A stretch of 61,594 nucleotides of DNA, counting the filler, from Stramenopiles sp. TOSAG23-3 (Eukaryota): the NCBI GenBank assembly GCA_900128585.1. It is 14 parts of 14 records of this genome, joined end to end, with 100 filler letters (N's around TTAATTAATTAA, not from the genome) between each part and the next. Parts side by side here need not be neighbours in the genome. Positions count along the whole stretch, not along the records: positions 30,906 to 35,207 come from LT643876.1; positions 35,308 to 39,609 come from LT643877.1; positions 39,710 to 44,008 come from LT643878.1; 11 more parts are not named here. One strand, 5' to 3'. A program made the position numbers and the translations under genes. Of the stretch, positions 30,906 through 42,656 are shown in pieces. Each line of letters begins with the position of its first letter. Position 1 is the stretch's first letter. Below the pieces are notes generated by a model, which saw only the letters and a list, made by a program, of their open reading frames with translations, searched no databases and had not been told where the DNA came from.

Positions 30906-32768
30906 GTCATCCTCTTGCTCTTTCTTTGTACCCTTCTGTGACTGACACAGAGGGCTTTCCTCATTTACAACCGTGCACGTCTCCGTTAACATGCCAGCAG
31001 CAGCCTTCTTCTTCTTTTTCTTCTTCTTCTTCTTCCTTTTTTTGCCAGGCTGTTCTGACCGTTCTTCGCAAGCAGCGGGGGAAACGTCTGCACCGTTCCC
31101 CCCCGCCGGGCCTTTGTCGCTGCTCGCGCCTTCGGCGACATGCTTTTGATTCTGTTCCCTACTTTTCTCAGCGACGGGTGCATCCAAAGGTCCTAAATTC
31201 GACACCGCAGCCTCGGTCTCTCGGGGCGGAGTTGAATTCTTCTTTTTCTTCTTTTTCTTCTTCTTCTTCTTCTTCTTCTTCTTCTTCGCTGCTTCAGATA
31301 CCCATTCATTCGCGGAATCACCAACGGGAGAAAGCCTTCCGTCAGCAGATATTTTTCTTTCAGTATCGGGGTTGTAACTCTTGTTGTGCTCGGCACCAGG
31401 GTTCGTACCGCTGACCTGCGGTGTTTGCAAGACTCTGTTGGGAACAGGGCATTTCTCGATGTGCCTTTCGTCACCAGTATGGGAAAAACCATACCCATAC
31501 GTATTTGAAATGCTACGATTGACATTAAACCTTCCTAACGCTGCGAGAGGACTTTGCTCGGCAATGTCCTGGACTTCATTTAGAACAAGGATTTCGCCCT
31601 TAAGAAATTTGTAATTTTCGCATTGATAAAAGAATCTGCCAGGCTGCGAAAACTTCAACTGCAAACAACTGGCAGTGTTCCTGTTTGAGAGAAGTCGCGG
31701 TGACTGGTAGACAATGATCTTTTCACAAAATCCTTTTCCAAACGTAGTTCCTTTCCGGAACACGAATCTATTTTCCCAACCATTTTCTTGGCCGCCCAAG
31801 GTATTCTCATCAGAGTATACCCATTCCACAGCCCCATCGCAAGGGATCGTGATGCGCTCCGGCGTCAACTTAACACTATTCAGATGTATCACGACTCGTG
31901 CAGCAGCGTCGCGCAATCGTGGCCTAGGGGATCCAGCACCTTCGTCGGTGCTGCCCGCCGAGGAGGGCTGCGACAGCGGGATTAAACGTATGCCCCCGTT
32001 CGTAAGCATCGCTTCGTCGTGCCCTGCAAAAGACCCCGAAGAATCCGAGGCGTAGTCCCCATCGTCGTCGTAATTGTCGAACGACGTGTCGGCACAATCC
32101 GATGGCTCGTATGACTCATCGTTTCCGAAGTCATCCACCCCCGAGGAGAACACCGAGTTGGATTCAAAACTATCATTGGTAGAGTCAATATCGAACGTTC
32201 CCCGAGATATTGTAGAAGACAAAGACGCTGGCGAGCACGATTTCGGGGATTTGTACATGGCGTCCCTCATCGATCGCTCCGTCACCGGCAGCGGCTTGTC
32301 CAAGTCTATTCTAGCCGCCAGGTTGCTCATTACCTGGAGGGTCCCTTTGACCCAAGGAAACATTGTGCTGTGAAAGTGATACGTACCACTCTTGTCAAAG
32401 CAGTGGGAAAAATGGTCTCCTTTGAAGATAATGTCTGACCTGAATGTTGCGCTGGGCGCTTGGGGGTTCGTCCACTGCACCTGCTCCTGGTGCTTCCCCT
32501 GGTTCCACCACCGCACGGTGGCGCCGACGGGTATTTTCGTCAACTTCGGCTCGAATGCAAAATTTCTAACGTATATTTCATGGATTTCTGTGCTCTCCTC
32601 CCACTCGGCACCATCGTCCTTCATCTCGCGGTCGCTGCCGCACTCGAAGGACGACGAGGAACTCCCCGTACCGTCGTCCACGGCGTCAACTTTCCAGGAC
32701 GACTGTTCGCAGGCCACGTCCGGAAACCCCACCCCTGCGAGGGAATGTTTCGTCAATCTTTTCGACAT
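30906..32768 (-). CDS. Protein with two degenerate cupredoxin-fold domains and poly-Lys tracts, 3' partial
   Basis: NFAFEP..IPVGATVRW...FSHCFDKSGTYHFHS...KGTLQV, and a second unit LTPERITI..GAVEWV...FSQPGRFFYQCE...KGEILV. Confidence 0.75.
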
Positions 32769-34200
32769 CTAACGGTCTACAACGACGAAGAATCGGATGT
32801 ACACGCCTGCTGTAAGAGCTGATTTCAACGGCAGGCAAGGGTTGTACCACGTGTCGCACTGGTCACGGTCCGTTCGTTCGATACCTCCCGCTCCTTTCGG
32901 TTCAACGTGCGCTCGTGTATTCTTATAAAACTAAGTGGTGTTGCTTTTGCCTTATCAAACAATGTATGTATATTCGCACAGAAACGACCACTGTCGACCT
33001 CTCGTTCTTTTATTTCTATACTGTTATCAATCCAACCCAATGTTTATGAAAACATTATTAATTACTTGTTACTTTCTGTTTCTTGTTTTGTGTTTCAAAT
33101 TCAATACCAACAACAACAACAATAATAATAATCAAAAAAAAGGAAGAAGAATCGAAGGAAGAAAGAAAGGAAAGAAAAAATAATAAAAATTAAAAAAAAA
33201 AGCCTTTTGTGAAATGAAGAACCGCCTCATTGTATTGGTATAATACGTATATAATATTATTATTATTTAAACTAAAAATCTAATGCTGTTCTTTGTATAT
33301 TTTTTAATAATAATAATTCATTAAAAAAAAAAAAAACAATTGAAAACAGTTGTTTTTTAATTAAAATAAATACAAATATTATTTTGAATACATATAAATA
33401 GCATTTAACTATGAGGATTCTTTGATAGTTGGAATAGGTGCACCAAATAATAGTATTCTAAGCACGAGAAAAGAGTACAGCCTATTACAGAAGAAGGCAT
33501 TCAACAGATAAAAATATAAGTACAGTTCTTGACCGCACTTCCTATATAATAATCCACAGTCCACAGTGGACTCTTTTTTTATTCTATTTCGATTCGTAGG
33601 CAATTCTTTTCTATTCGCCTGGTATTAGTCTATTATAAATAATTGATTTTAAGCGTGTTGTTTTGAAAAGTATTTCTTCTCTTTCTTTCTTTGAGCTCTT
33701 CTTCTTCTTCTTCGCGCTTTTTTTTAAATAGAAGAGGTATTATACCCTACAAAACAACACTAATTAAACAAATTTCTTCTCCTCAAAGCCACAAGAGAGA
33801 AGAGAGCCAAGAAGAAGAGCCAAAAAAGCCAAACAAAAGCCACCACAAAAGAAGATACTTTTATTTAAACATACAACAACGAACGAACCAAATCCGCGAA
33901 AGAAAAGAAGAAAGAAAAGAAGAGAGAAGAAGAAAAAAATAGTATTGTTGTACGCTTATAATAAAAAATAATACTTGTCTCCTCCTGCTGTATATTATAA
34001 TATTGTTCTCCTCATGCATCATCATGGTAAAAAATATGAACAACAGGTATATGATCATAATAGAAGGGTTCTTCGTTCTTGTTATTTCTTTATAGGCGGA
34101 ATTGTTTTCATTTGTTTACACGCGGTGAGATTAAAGTAGGAAGCACAAACAGGTAAACACAATCTTTTTGCGAGTTTGGTTTTGAAACCCACTTATCGCC

Positions 34201-35207
34201 ATGGCCAACATTGCCGCTGAAGCTGCGGGCGAACAGCCCCAGGCACCACCGTCCTGGACAGAGGAGAGTTTTTTCGAGGCCCATAAAAGTCAACTCAAAA
34301 GCCAAGGGATTCCCGAAAATCTTTGGTCAATATTATTCGACAAACTAAGCAAGGAGACTTTCGACGCTGGGACGTCGTTTACTTTTGCCCATGACCCGTA
34401 CGAGGTGCCACACAAAAGGTATTCCGTTCTGGCTACTGCGGACCAGAAGGCCGCGGGAAATATTTGGCTTATCGAGCACATATGGCTATTCAAAAGCCCC
34501 GCCCACGCACTGGAGATCCTGAAGAAATACGAAGACGTTCTAAATCGAATGACCATGCTCACTGATTCGGACACAAGCGACGGGCAAAACGATAGCGTAG
34601 AAGTACGGGCAGAGAGGATGATCGAAGAGCTCCAACGGTACGCATACCCCGTCGTGGATAGCACGGGTGGCCGAATGCACTACGTCATGGACGAGCTAGG
34701 AAGTCGCATAAAATTTGCATTGGACGACGACCAGATTGCGAATGTAAAATTTGCAACCCTGATAAATCAAATGAGTGGAGAAATGCTCACCGTTACCTGG
34801 TGCATAAAAGACATTGCAGCGAACGAAATGGTTCTACGCTCGCCGCAACACAGGATGTCGCTGGTAGGGTTAAAGAAGAGGGCGTGGGAAGTGCGCTTCG
34901 AATATGAGCAGCAGTACGACTGGTATTGTGAATACAACGAAGGCTCTCCGTTGCGAAACCTCATCCTTCAAGTCGCAAAAAAGAAGACCGGGAAAACACT
35001 TATTGTCGGTACAGGTAGCAGTACAATGCCAATTAAGATGCACGAAGACGGCTTTACCGATATTGTCGCGACCGATTATGTCACTGCAATAGTAGAGAAA
35101 ATGAAGACAAAATACCCATCCGAAAAGTACCAGGACTCGATCCAGTGGAGAGAGTTGGACGCTACCAAAATTACAAGCATGCATGAGGATATAAACGCAG
35201 GGATGTT
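34201..35207 (+). CDS. Fusion of a TTLL12-type N-terminal/SET-like region with a class I SAM methyltransferase (METTL13-N/EEF1AKMT4-like), 3' partial
   Basis: TTLL12-like: HKSQLKSQGIPENLWSILFDKLSKETFDAG, IWLIEHIW, YVMDELGSRI. Methyltransferase: WEVRF..YDWY, LIVGTGSS, EDGFTDIVATDY, LDAT. Confidence 0.8.
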
Positions 35208-35927
35208 NNNNNNNNNNNNNNNNNNNNNNNNNNNNNNNNNNNNNNNNNNNNTTAATTAATTAANNNNNNNNNNNNNNNNNNNNNNNNNNNNNNNNNNNNN
35301 NNNNNNNGTATCCTTGCAGTTGTCTAGGTGCTGATTTCTGTTGCTGGTCTCTGGGAGACAGCACTTCTCCCCGAACTCGACCGATTAGTACTGTACTTAT
35401 TAGTCTCTACTACGGTACTATTATCGAGTATTAAAAATTATATATAGGACATTGAAGAAGAAGAAAAAAAAGAAAAGGATTCTATATACTATATACTATA
35501 GTATACGAGAAGACTACCTAGTTAGTGTGCTGAAGGTAGGTCGTATATGAAATAGTATTCATACTAAATAGTATTATTAATTAATAATAATACCAGAGTT
35601 ATGTAGAATAATATTAATAGTAGAACGAACAGCTCGAAGTATTAATATAATAATAGTGAAGAAGAGAGGAGGTAGAACTTTTTTTTTGTTTTTGTTTTTT
35701 TTGTTTGTATTTTTATATTTTATAATAAATATGTACGTAGGATTTTTTTAATTAAAATTTATTATTATATATAATATACGTAACATATAAATGATAAGGG
35801 TTCAACAATTAACATTGTAAAGAGAGAAGATAGTGGATAAATGAATAGCACAGGCGCACTGAAGATAGAAACGGTTTTGATACATTTGTAGTGGTTTCAT
35901 AGGCCGACAAACGGTTGCCCGTTCAGA

Positions 35928-37832
35928 ATGGCGGCTCTAACTGCAGGAAGCTCGCAGGAGCTCGCTATGTTGACCTCGAAGTCGGGCATGACGTCGTCCC
36001 CGTCGTCGGCGGACTTGCCACCGAATATTTCAATCGCGTATTCCAATGGTCCTATGCGAGGAAGAAATCCTCCAGACGGGCCTGCTGTTGATATAACGTT
36101 TTACCCTCACTTTGACCTTTGGAACGCAGACCCCGTAGTTTTTCGTCTAGTGCTTCCAAAGTCTTTCCCTGCGGAGCCACCAGTGGTAGTGAGCCACTCG
36201 CAGTGGCCAGAGGACAAAAACGTGCAGAACACGTTCGATTCTGACCTGAAGATGGTATCCCCCGACGGGACTGTAAATTTGTATATGTGTAACGTCGCAG
36301 GTTGGCTGGAAGAGTACCCACTGGAGGCCGTGATCTATAGCATAAGAATGCTTCTGCAACTGAAAGACTACCCGGAGGACGGCGCAGAAGTTCAGCCGGT
36401 AGGGACTATCTGGCCAACTTTTTCCCCTGGAACTGGCATAGGCATGTCCTTCGATGAGAAGGACTTTGGGGAGCTTAGTATGAGTATTGTCAGACACGAA
36501 GAGCAGGGGGCAAGGCCGAGCATGGAAGACGCCATGATGTTGGAAGTCCCTTTAAAGTGTGAGCATGGGGCAGGGGAAAGGTACTCCCTTTTTGGAGTTT
36601 TGGACGGGCATGGCGGTTCAGCCATGTCGAAGTACGGGGCGGACATGCTGAAATCTTTGGTCACTTCCGCTATTTCGAGGGGGTCGATGCAAGGCAAAAG
36701 CCCTAACGTTCGCAAGATACTGTGGGATTCTCTGCAACAAGTCGACGCAAGCTGGCTAGCAACCCAACGCAGCAGTTCGGTCCCCGACGAATCTGGCGCC
36801 ACAGCTTGTGTGGTTGCCGTGGACACCGTGGAATACAAAGCTTACTGCGCAAACCTTGGTGACTCCCGTGCAATACTATGCCGAGGAGACCGTGCAGTGC
36901 CACTCTCGTACGACCAAAAACCGTCAAAGGCGAGAGAGATAGCCTTCATCTGTGAAAATGGAGGGTTTGTAAGCGGAGAGCGCATTAATGGCTCCATCGC
37001 AGTTTCGAGGGCAATCGGGGACATGTACTTTAAGGAAAAAGGGTACCGGTACATGAGCAACGAGCCGGACATACTTGAGGCTTCTCTGCAGCCCGACGAC
37101 CGCTTCATTGTGGTTGCATGTGACGGCCTTTTTGATGTTATGACGAACGAGGAGGTTATCGCCTTTATCATGATGAAAAAGTACGATGGCATTCCATCGC
37201 ATGAAATCGTAAAAATATTAATTAATCACGCCATAAATGAACTAGGGTCAACCGACAATGTTTCCGCGTGCATCGTCGATTTAACATGGGACAACAAGTA
37301 CGATTCTGTTAAACGATACTCACCCCCCCCCGTCCCGGCCAATACGCAACAGTTTGCGACCAGACATAGAAGCCGTACGCGCGATCGCCGAAGAACGAAA
37401 CTGTTCGACCAACAGAAGCTTAAAAAATTAGGGGTTCGCAACTCGGCAAAACTGAAAGCTAGCGAGAAGTTGAAAGCTGTTAACGAATTGAATGCCACTG
37501 GGCACAGCATGTACAGCAATGGAAATGTAGTTCACCACATTGACGCCTTGATCAAGCGATCCAGTGCATACGGGCCAGGGGCATCCCCTGGCAGCGGCGA
37601 CCAAGCAGCCAGCAACCAAACGCCAGTCGCGACGGACAACACCCACGGGTGGACGGTGCATAAGGACTCGAAAGGCCGAGAATTTTATTACAATGCCGTT
37701 ACGCAGGTATCGGCGTGGGAGAAGCCAGAAATTCTGAAGTGGGCCAAGGCAGTAACCGCGGAGGGGAAAGTTTACTATTACCACACATTTACAATGGAGA
37801 CGCGTTGGGTTTTGCCTAGCGAGGACTTGTAG
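35928..37832 (+). CDS. PP2C/PPM protein phosphatase with N-terminal UBC/UEV-like domain and two C-terminal WW domains
   Basis: PP2C: RPSMEDA, GVLDGHGG, ANLGDSRA, VSRAIGD, ACDGLFD, STDNVS. UBC fold: LPKSFPAEPPVV, DGTVNL, W...LEAVIYSIRMLL. WW: WTVHKD..REFYYN...AWEKP and WAKA..KVYYYH...TRWVLP. Confidence 0.9.
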   Translation: MAALTAGSSQELAMLTSKSGMTSSPSSADLPPNISIAYSNGPMRGRNPPDGPAVDITFYPHFDLWNADPVVFRLVLPKSFPAEPPVVVSHSQWPEDKNVQNTFDSDLKMVSPDGTVNLYMCNVAGWLEEYPLEAVIYSIRMLLQLKDYPEDGAEVQPVGTIWPTFSPGTGIGMSFDEKDFGELSMSIVRHEEQGARPSMEDAMMLEVPLKCEHGAGERYSLFGVLDGHGGSAMSKYGADMLKSLVTSAISRGSMQGKSPNVRKILWDSLQQVDASWLATQRSSSVPDESGATACVVAVDTVEYKAYCANLGDSRAILCRGDRAVPLSYDQKPSKAREIAFICENGGFVSGERINGSIAVSRAIGDMYFKEKGYRYMSNEPDILEASLQPDDRFIVVACDGLFDVMTNEEVIAFIMMKKYDGIPSHEIVKILINHAINELGSTDNVSACIVDLTWDNKYDSVKRYSPPPVPANTQQFATRHRSRTRDRRRTKLFDQQKLKKLGVRNSAKLKASEKLKAVNELNATGHSMYSNGNVVHHIDALIKRSSAYGPGASPGSGDQAASNQTPVATDNTHGWTVHKDSKGREFYYNAVTQVSAWEKPEILKWAKAVTAEGKVYYYHTFTMETRWVLPSEDL

Positions 37833-37892
37833 TTTTGTGCTTCGTATTGAAAAATCTTTGAAGAATATATTTTTAACAAAATTATATATAGT

Positions 37893-37933
37893 AAAAACAA
37901 GAAAATTGGCTGTTACTAAAGTAATTAAAATTT
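37893..37933 (+). repeat. Dispersed conserved intergenic element, copy 3
   Basis: AAAAACAAGAAAATTGGCTGTTACTAAAGTAATTAAAATTT. Confidence 0.8.
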
Positions 37934-38121
37934 GTCCACACATATTAGAGGTTTGCATTCCTTCATGTACTGCGAACTGATCTCTAGTATAATATTGACC
38001 TGTGTATGTGTACTAATTTACGGGTATCATATGATAAGAGTAGCGTAGGATGACCTTCCATAACATGTTAAGTTAAGCCTTACGTGTCGATAAATTATTA
38101 CTGGTATTCTTCATATTTGGC

Positions 38122-39474
38122 CTACACCATGACCAGTGCTTCGACCCCAGGCAGCGCTTTCCCTTCCAGCAATTCGAGGCTAGCGCCCCCGCCCGTGCTT
38201 ACATGGCTGACTTTGTCTACGGCCTTGAAGTTTTTGCACGCTGTTGCAGTGTCCCCACCGCCGATTATCGTCGTGCTCCCGCCTTTCGTGGCGTCGACAA
38301 CTGCGTCCATGATAGCTTTTGTTCCCCGGGCAAAGGCATCGAATTCGAAAACTCCCATCGGCCCGTTCCATACAATCGTTTTGGCACGGCGTACGGCGTC
38401 CTGAAACAAGGCTGTGCTTTTCGGCCCTATGTCCAGGCCCATCCACCCATTTGGAATGCCGTCATCGTCCGTAACTACTTTTGTCTCCGCGTCGGCTGCA
38501 AACTTCGAGGCAGCTATGTGGTCAATGGGAAGATGGATTGATACATTCCTAGCCTTGGCATCTGCCATTATCTGCAGGGCAATCTTTGCGCCCTCGTCAT
38601 CGTACAGGGAGCCGCCAATATCAACGTTGTAAATTACTTTTTTGAACGTATAAGCCATCCCCCCACCGATAATGATTTCGTCTGCTTTGTTCAGCAAGTT
38701 TTGGATCAATTGAATTTTGTCCGTCACTTTCGCGCCCCCTAGAATGCAAAGGAATGGTCTTTCTGGAGCGTTAAGAGCTTGGTTGAAGTACTCCAACTCC
38801 TTTTGCAAAAGTTTGCCAGCAACACGGTGGTTGTGCCGCGATCCCACCATACTGCTATGGGCACGGTGGGCGGTGCCAAACGCATCGTTAACATAGACAT
38901 CGCCGAGCTTGTTCAGGGCTTCCCGAAACATATCGACTTTGCTCTTGTCAGCTTTCACTTTCTCGCCGTTCGGCCCAACGCCTTTCCCTTCCTCTTCTAT
39001 GTGGAACCGCAAGTTCTCCAAGAGTATGACCGAGCCTGGGTCTGGGTTGGCACACTGGGCTGTAATTTCATCGCCAACACAGTCCTTCAAAAACGTAACT
39101 GGGCGGCCCAACAATTCTTGCAACCTCACTGCTACTTTCTGCAGGGACAAACTTTCCTTTACGTGCCCCGCAGGGCGCCCGAGGTGAGACATCAACACCA
39201 CTGCTTTGGCTTTGCCTTCTTCCAGAGCAAATTTGATCGTAGGCAGTGCGCCCTGAATGCGTTGGTCGTTCGTGATCTCTCCGGTTGATTTATCAAGGGG
39301 CACGTTAAAATCAACGCGCATCAACACGCGCTTCCCTTCGATTTCATTCCGCCCGACTAAGTCCGTCAAGGTCATGCGTCTCCCAACCTTGACCCGTTTC
39401 AGCGAAGAAGATGCCATTGTATAGTTTGCAAGTACTTTTTTTTTACTTCCGAAACAAGGAAACAAACAACTCAT
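38122..39474 (-). CDS. PGK: Phosphoglycerate kinase with ~30-aa N-terminal extension
   Basis: [64 protein letters not shown]. Confidence 0.98.
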   Translation of the reverse strand: MSCLFPCFGSKKKVLANYTMASSSLKRVKVGRRMTLTDLVGRNEIEGKRVLMRVDFNVPLDKSTGEITNDQRIQGALPTIKFALEEGKAKAVVLMSHLGRPAGHVKESLSLQKVAVRLQELLGRPVTFLKDCVGDEITAQCANPDPGSVILLENLRFHIEEEGKGVGPNGEKVKADKSKVDMFREALNKLGDVYVNDAFGTAHRAHSSMVGSRHNHRVAGKLLQKELEYFNQALNAPERPFLCILGGAKVTDKIQLIQNLLNKADEIIIGGGMAYTFKKVIYNVDIGGSLYDDEGAKIALQIMADAKARNVSIHLPIDHIAASKFAADAETKVVTDDDGIPNGWMGLDIGPKSTALFQDAVRRAKTIVWNGPMGVFEFDAFARGTKAIMDAVVDATKGGSTTIIGGGDTATACKNFKAVDKVSHVSTGGGASLELLEGKALPGVEALVMV

Positions 39475-40860
39475 TTCATGGACTCTATAAAATTTATAAA
39501 TTCGCTTTTAAAATAAATAAAAGTAGCTTATATATAGATAAACACTCTTTTCTCTTATCGTTTGAAATGGATATAAGAAGTATAAAAAGAAGATCATTTT
39601 TAAAATATANNNNNNNNNNNNNNNNNNNNNNNNNNNNNNNNNNNNNNNNNNNNTTAATTAATTAANNNNNNNNNNNNNNNNNNNNNNNNNNNNNNNNNNN
39701 NNNNNNNNNATATTCGTTGTTGTTTGTAATAGTTTTTGACGTAGACAGTGATGTTTGGTTTGCAGTTGTGTTACTAGATTCAATTTTCCTCTCTGTTTAA
39801 CTTATACTCCCTGAGAACTGAAGTTTGTGTGTGTACGTGTGAGTGCCGCCAGCCACCGACCGGTGGTCTTGAGTAGTTTTCTTATTGTTGAGTATTATGA
39901 CATGGTGGATGGGCGTGATAAAATAAATAATAACTAATAATATATATATTCATACATACACATATCATACACAACTACCATACGAGTGACGAGCACGAAG
40001 GAAGAAAAAAATAAAGATCCTCCAAGAAAAAAATAGTCATTTCTATGCTGTGTATATGTATTCTTTTTTATTTTTTAATAATGGTGTGTGGTGGTTTTAT
40101 AAAATTGTTTTTTGTAAAAAATGCGCTGAATGGATACCCCCTCTTTCTTTATTTTCGAGAAGAGAAGAAGAATTGAGCACTTTTTTTAAATCCACGTACG
40201 GCACACTACAATCCGAACGCGGGTAGGGTATGATCATCATAATTTATGATGTTTTTTTTTAAATTTTATTATCTATATTTTTTTTTGGAAGAAATTGATG
40301 AAGGTTTGTATAATAAATAATATATAAGTATAAGTATCCCTATTAAAAAAGAAAAGAAGAGAGAAGAAAAATCCAGGAAAGAAGAAGAAAAGAATTATTT
40401 TTCATCCTTCAATGCTATGTATATGTAATACCGGTGCGGTACATCTTATTGTTTTATTAAACAAAACAATTGTTTTTTTATGATGTTTTTTTTAATTGAT
40501 TCATTTTTTTGCAAGACCTGTACTTCCCTGCTATTTTCATACTATTAATATAATATTAATATTAATTTTCTCTCTTCTCACGCACTAAAAATACGACCAT
40601 CCACCATGAGCCCGCCAGGTCTTTTTTTTTTTTTTTAAATAATTATTATTATTATATTATTATGCTGGACTATCAACTAGCACGAAGAACTCACGTTTAG
40701 AAACAAAGGAAAGAGATAAAACTAAAAACACAGTAAGAAATGAAAAGAAAGAAAGAAAAACGAAACAAACAGAAACAATAAATATATAAATTCAAACGAT
40801 TTATAATACGTTATATCTTCAGATTCTTTTAAAGCTTTACACCTGTTTCATTCCAGAAGT

Positions 40861-42336
40861 ATGGCTTCGATTGCAGAAAATCAGCAGACTGCCGCCGTCG
40901 CATCCACGGTGAACCCGATGAACCTTGTGACCGCATCCGAGGATGTGATCTCCAGCACCTTGACCGTTCAAGGGACTGTAGACCGACTGAACATGTCGTG
41001 TCAGCTTAACTCTGGAGTCCATGTGATGAGCTCCATCAAGGCGATCGCCGAAGTTCCGACAGGTAACGGAGGGGGCGAAAAGCGGCAAGACATTGAGCTC
41101 GCCCTTGTCATCGACAAGTCGGGCTCGATGCACGGAGAAAAAATTAACTCTGTGAGAGAGACTTTGCTGTTGCTCCAGAAGCAAATGGGAGGACAGGATT
41201 CAGTGTCCTTAGTTACCTTCGATACACAGGTAAAGTGTGTCATGCCGCTGACTAAACTAAAGGGCTCTTTGGAGAAAGAAAGATTCAAACGCTGCGTAGA
41301 AAAAATCTCGTCTGGATCCTCCACCAACCTGTCTGGAGGTCTCGCCGAAGGCATCAAGCAACTGAAACAGAGCAAAGCGAAAAACGCGGTGCGGGCTGTG
41401 ATTCTTTTGACAGACGGTCACGCCAATCACGGCATCTCTGATATGGACAAACTTGCCCGAATCACGGCTACGGACATGGCCGGTACGGGGATATCTTTGT
41501 TCACGTACGGGTACGGTGCAAACCACAACGCCGATGCGCTGCGAAAGTTGGCGCTCTCGACCGATGGGGGACAGTACTATTTCATCGAAAAGGTTGACGA
41601 TGTTGGGGAAGCCATTGGCGATTGTCTCGGGGGCATCATGTCCGTTGTTGCGCAAAACATTGTGTTGAAAGCAACTGCGTGCCCTGGTGTAAAGATCACC
41701 AAGTTGCACGAGCCAACTCGCAAAGCAAAAGTCATTGTCCCAAACAGTTGCTACGAGATTCGTTTTGGGGATATGTACAGTGAAGAGCGACGGGACACGA
41801 TATTCGAGGTTGAATGCGACCCAGCTCATCGTGCACAGAAGGGTCAAGCGCTGGTAAAATTTGAAATCGAATACCTCGATGCAGTTGCGGAAAAGACGTC
41901 TACTGCTTCAGGAAAGGCAATAATTGACCGTGTGGAAGATGCACAGTTGAACCCAAAGCTTGTCCCAGATGTAGTCGACCACGTGTGTCGGACGCGTGTT
42001 GCAGAAACTATGATTTCTGCCAACAACTTAGCCGACGCGGGTCAGTTGGATCAGGCCAAGCAGCAAATGAACGAAGTGTTGAACTTGTGCGTAAAGATGA
42101 AACCTATGTGCATGAACAAAGACTTGTTGGACGAGCTGGTCTCCGACATTAAAGAAGGTTTAGTTGCCATGACTGACCGCCAAGCTTGGAGAAGCGTTCG
42201 GTCGTACGCGATGAAAGGGAAGATGATGGGACATGCAAAGCAAAGAAGTTGCACAAGCTCGGCTACCCAAAAAACCTCGTACCGTACGGCAAGGAAGGGC
42301 TCAATGTCCAGCAAGTTGTCTGTAAAAAAGTGGTGA
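40861..42336 (+). CDS. von Willebrand factor A domain protein with Vwaint-like C-terminus
   Basis: MIDAS motif IDKSGSM, TNLSGGL, LLTDGHAN, GDCLGGIMSVVAQN, and terminal GHAKQRS. Confidence 0.88.
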   Translation: MASIAENQQTAAVASTVNPMNLVTASEDVISSTLTVQGTVDRLNMSCQLNSGVHVMSSIKAIAEVPTGNGGGEKRQDIELALVIDKSGSMHGEKINSVRETLLLLQKQMGGQDSVSLVTFDTQVKCVMPLTKLKGSLEKERFKRCVEKISSGSSTNLSGGLAEGIKQLKQSKAKNAVRAVILLTDGHANHGISDMDKLARITATDMAGTGISLFTYGYGANHNADALRKLALSTDGGQYYFIEKVDDVGEAIGDCLGGIMSVVAQNIVLKATACPGVKITKLHEPTRKAKVIVPNSCYEIRFGDMYSEERRDTIFEVECDPAHRAQKGQALVKFEIEYLDAVAEKTSTASGKAIIDRVEDAQLNPKLVPDVVDHVCRTRVAETMISANNLADAGQLDQAKQQMNEVLNLCVKMKPMCMNKDLLDELVSDIKEGLVAMTDRQAWRSVRSYAMKGKMMGHAKQRSCTSSATQKTSYRTARKGSMSSKLSVKKW

Positions 42337-42656
42337 ACTACGTAAGCGTTGCTAACAAAATGCATCTATTGAATCTGTTGGTGACAACAAAAATAAAAAT
42401 AAAATTCACCCTTTGGGTGTTAACGAGGTACTTGGAATGTACATTTTCTCAACTACCCCCGTTCCAGGGGCAAGGGCTTTTAATGTGAAAAGCCCTTTTA
42501 AAACCTTTTAGCTGGGTATTTTAGCCACAGCTTTACTAAAAATTAAGAATCTTACACTTATAAATTTTTTATATCTTAAACAAAAACGCAACCAGCTAAT
42601 TACTCTTGCGTAAATACTTTTGTTTTACGAATATTAATAATATATGTTTTCTCCCA

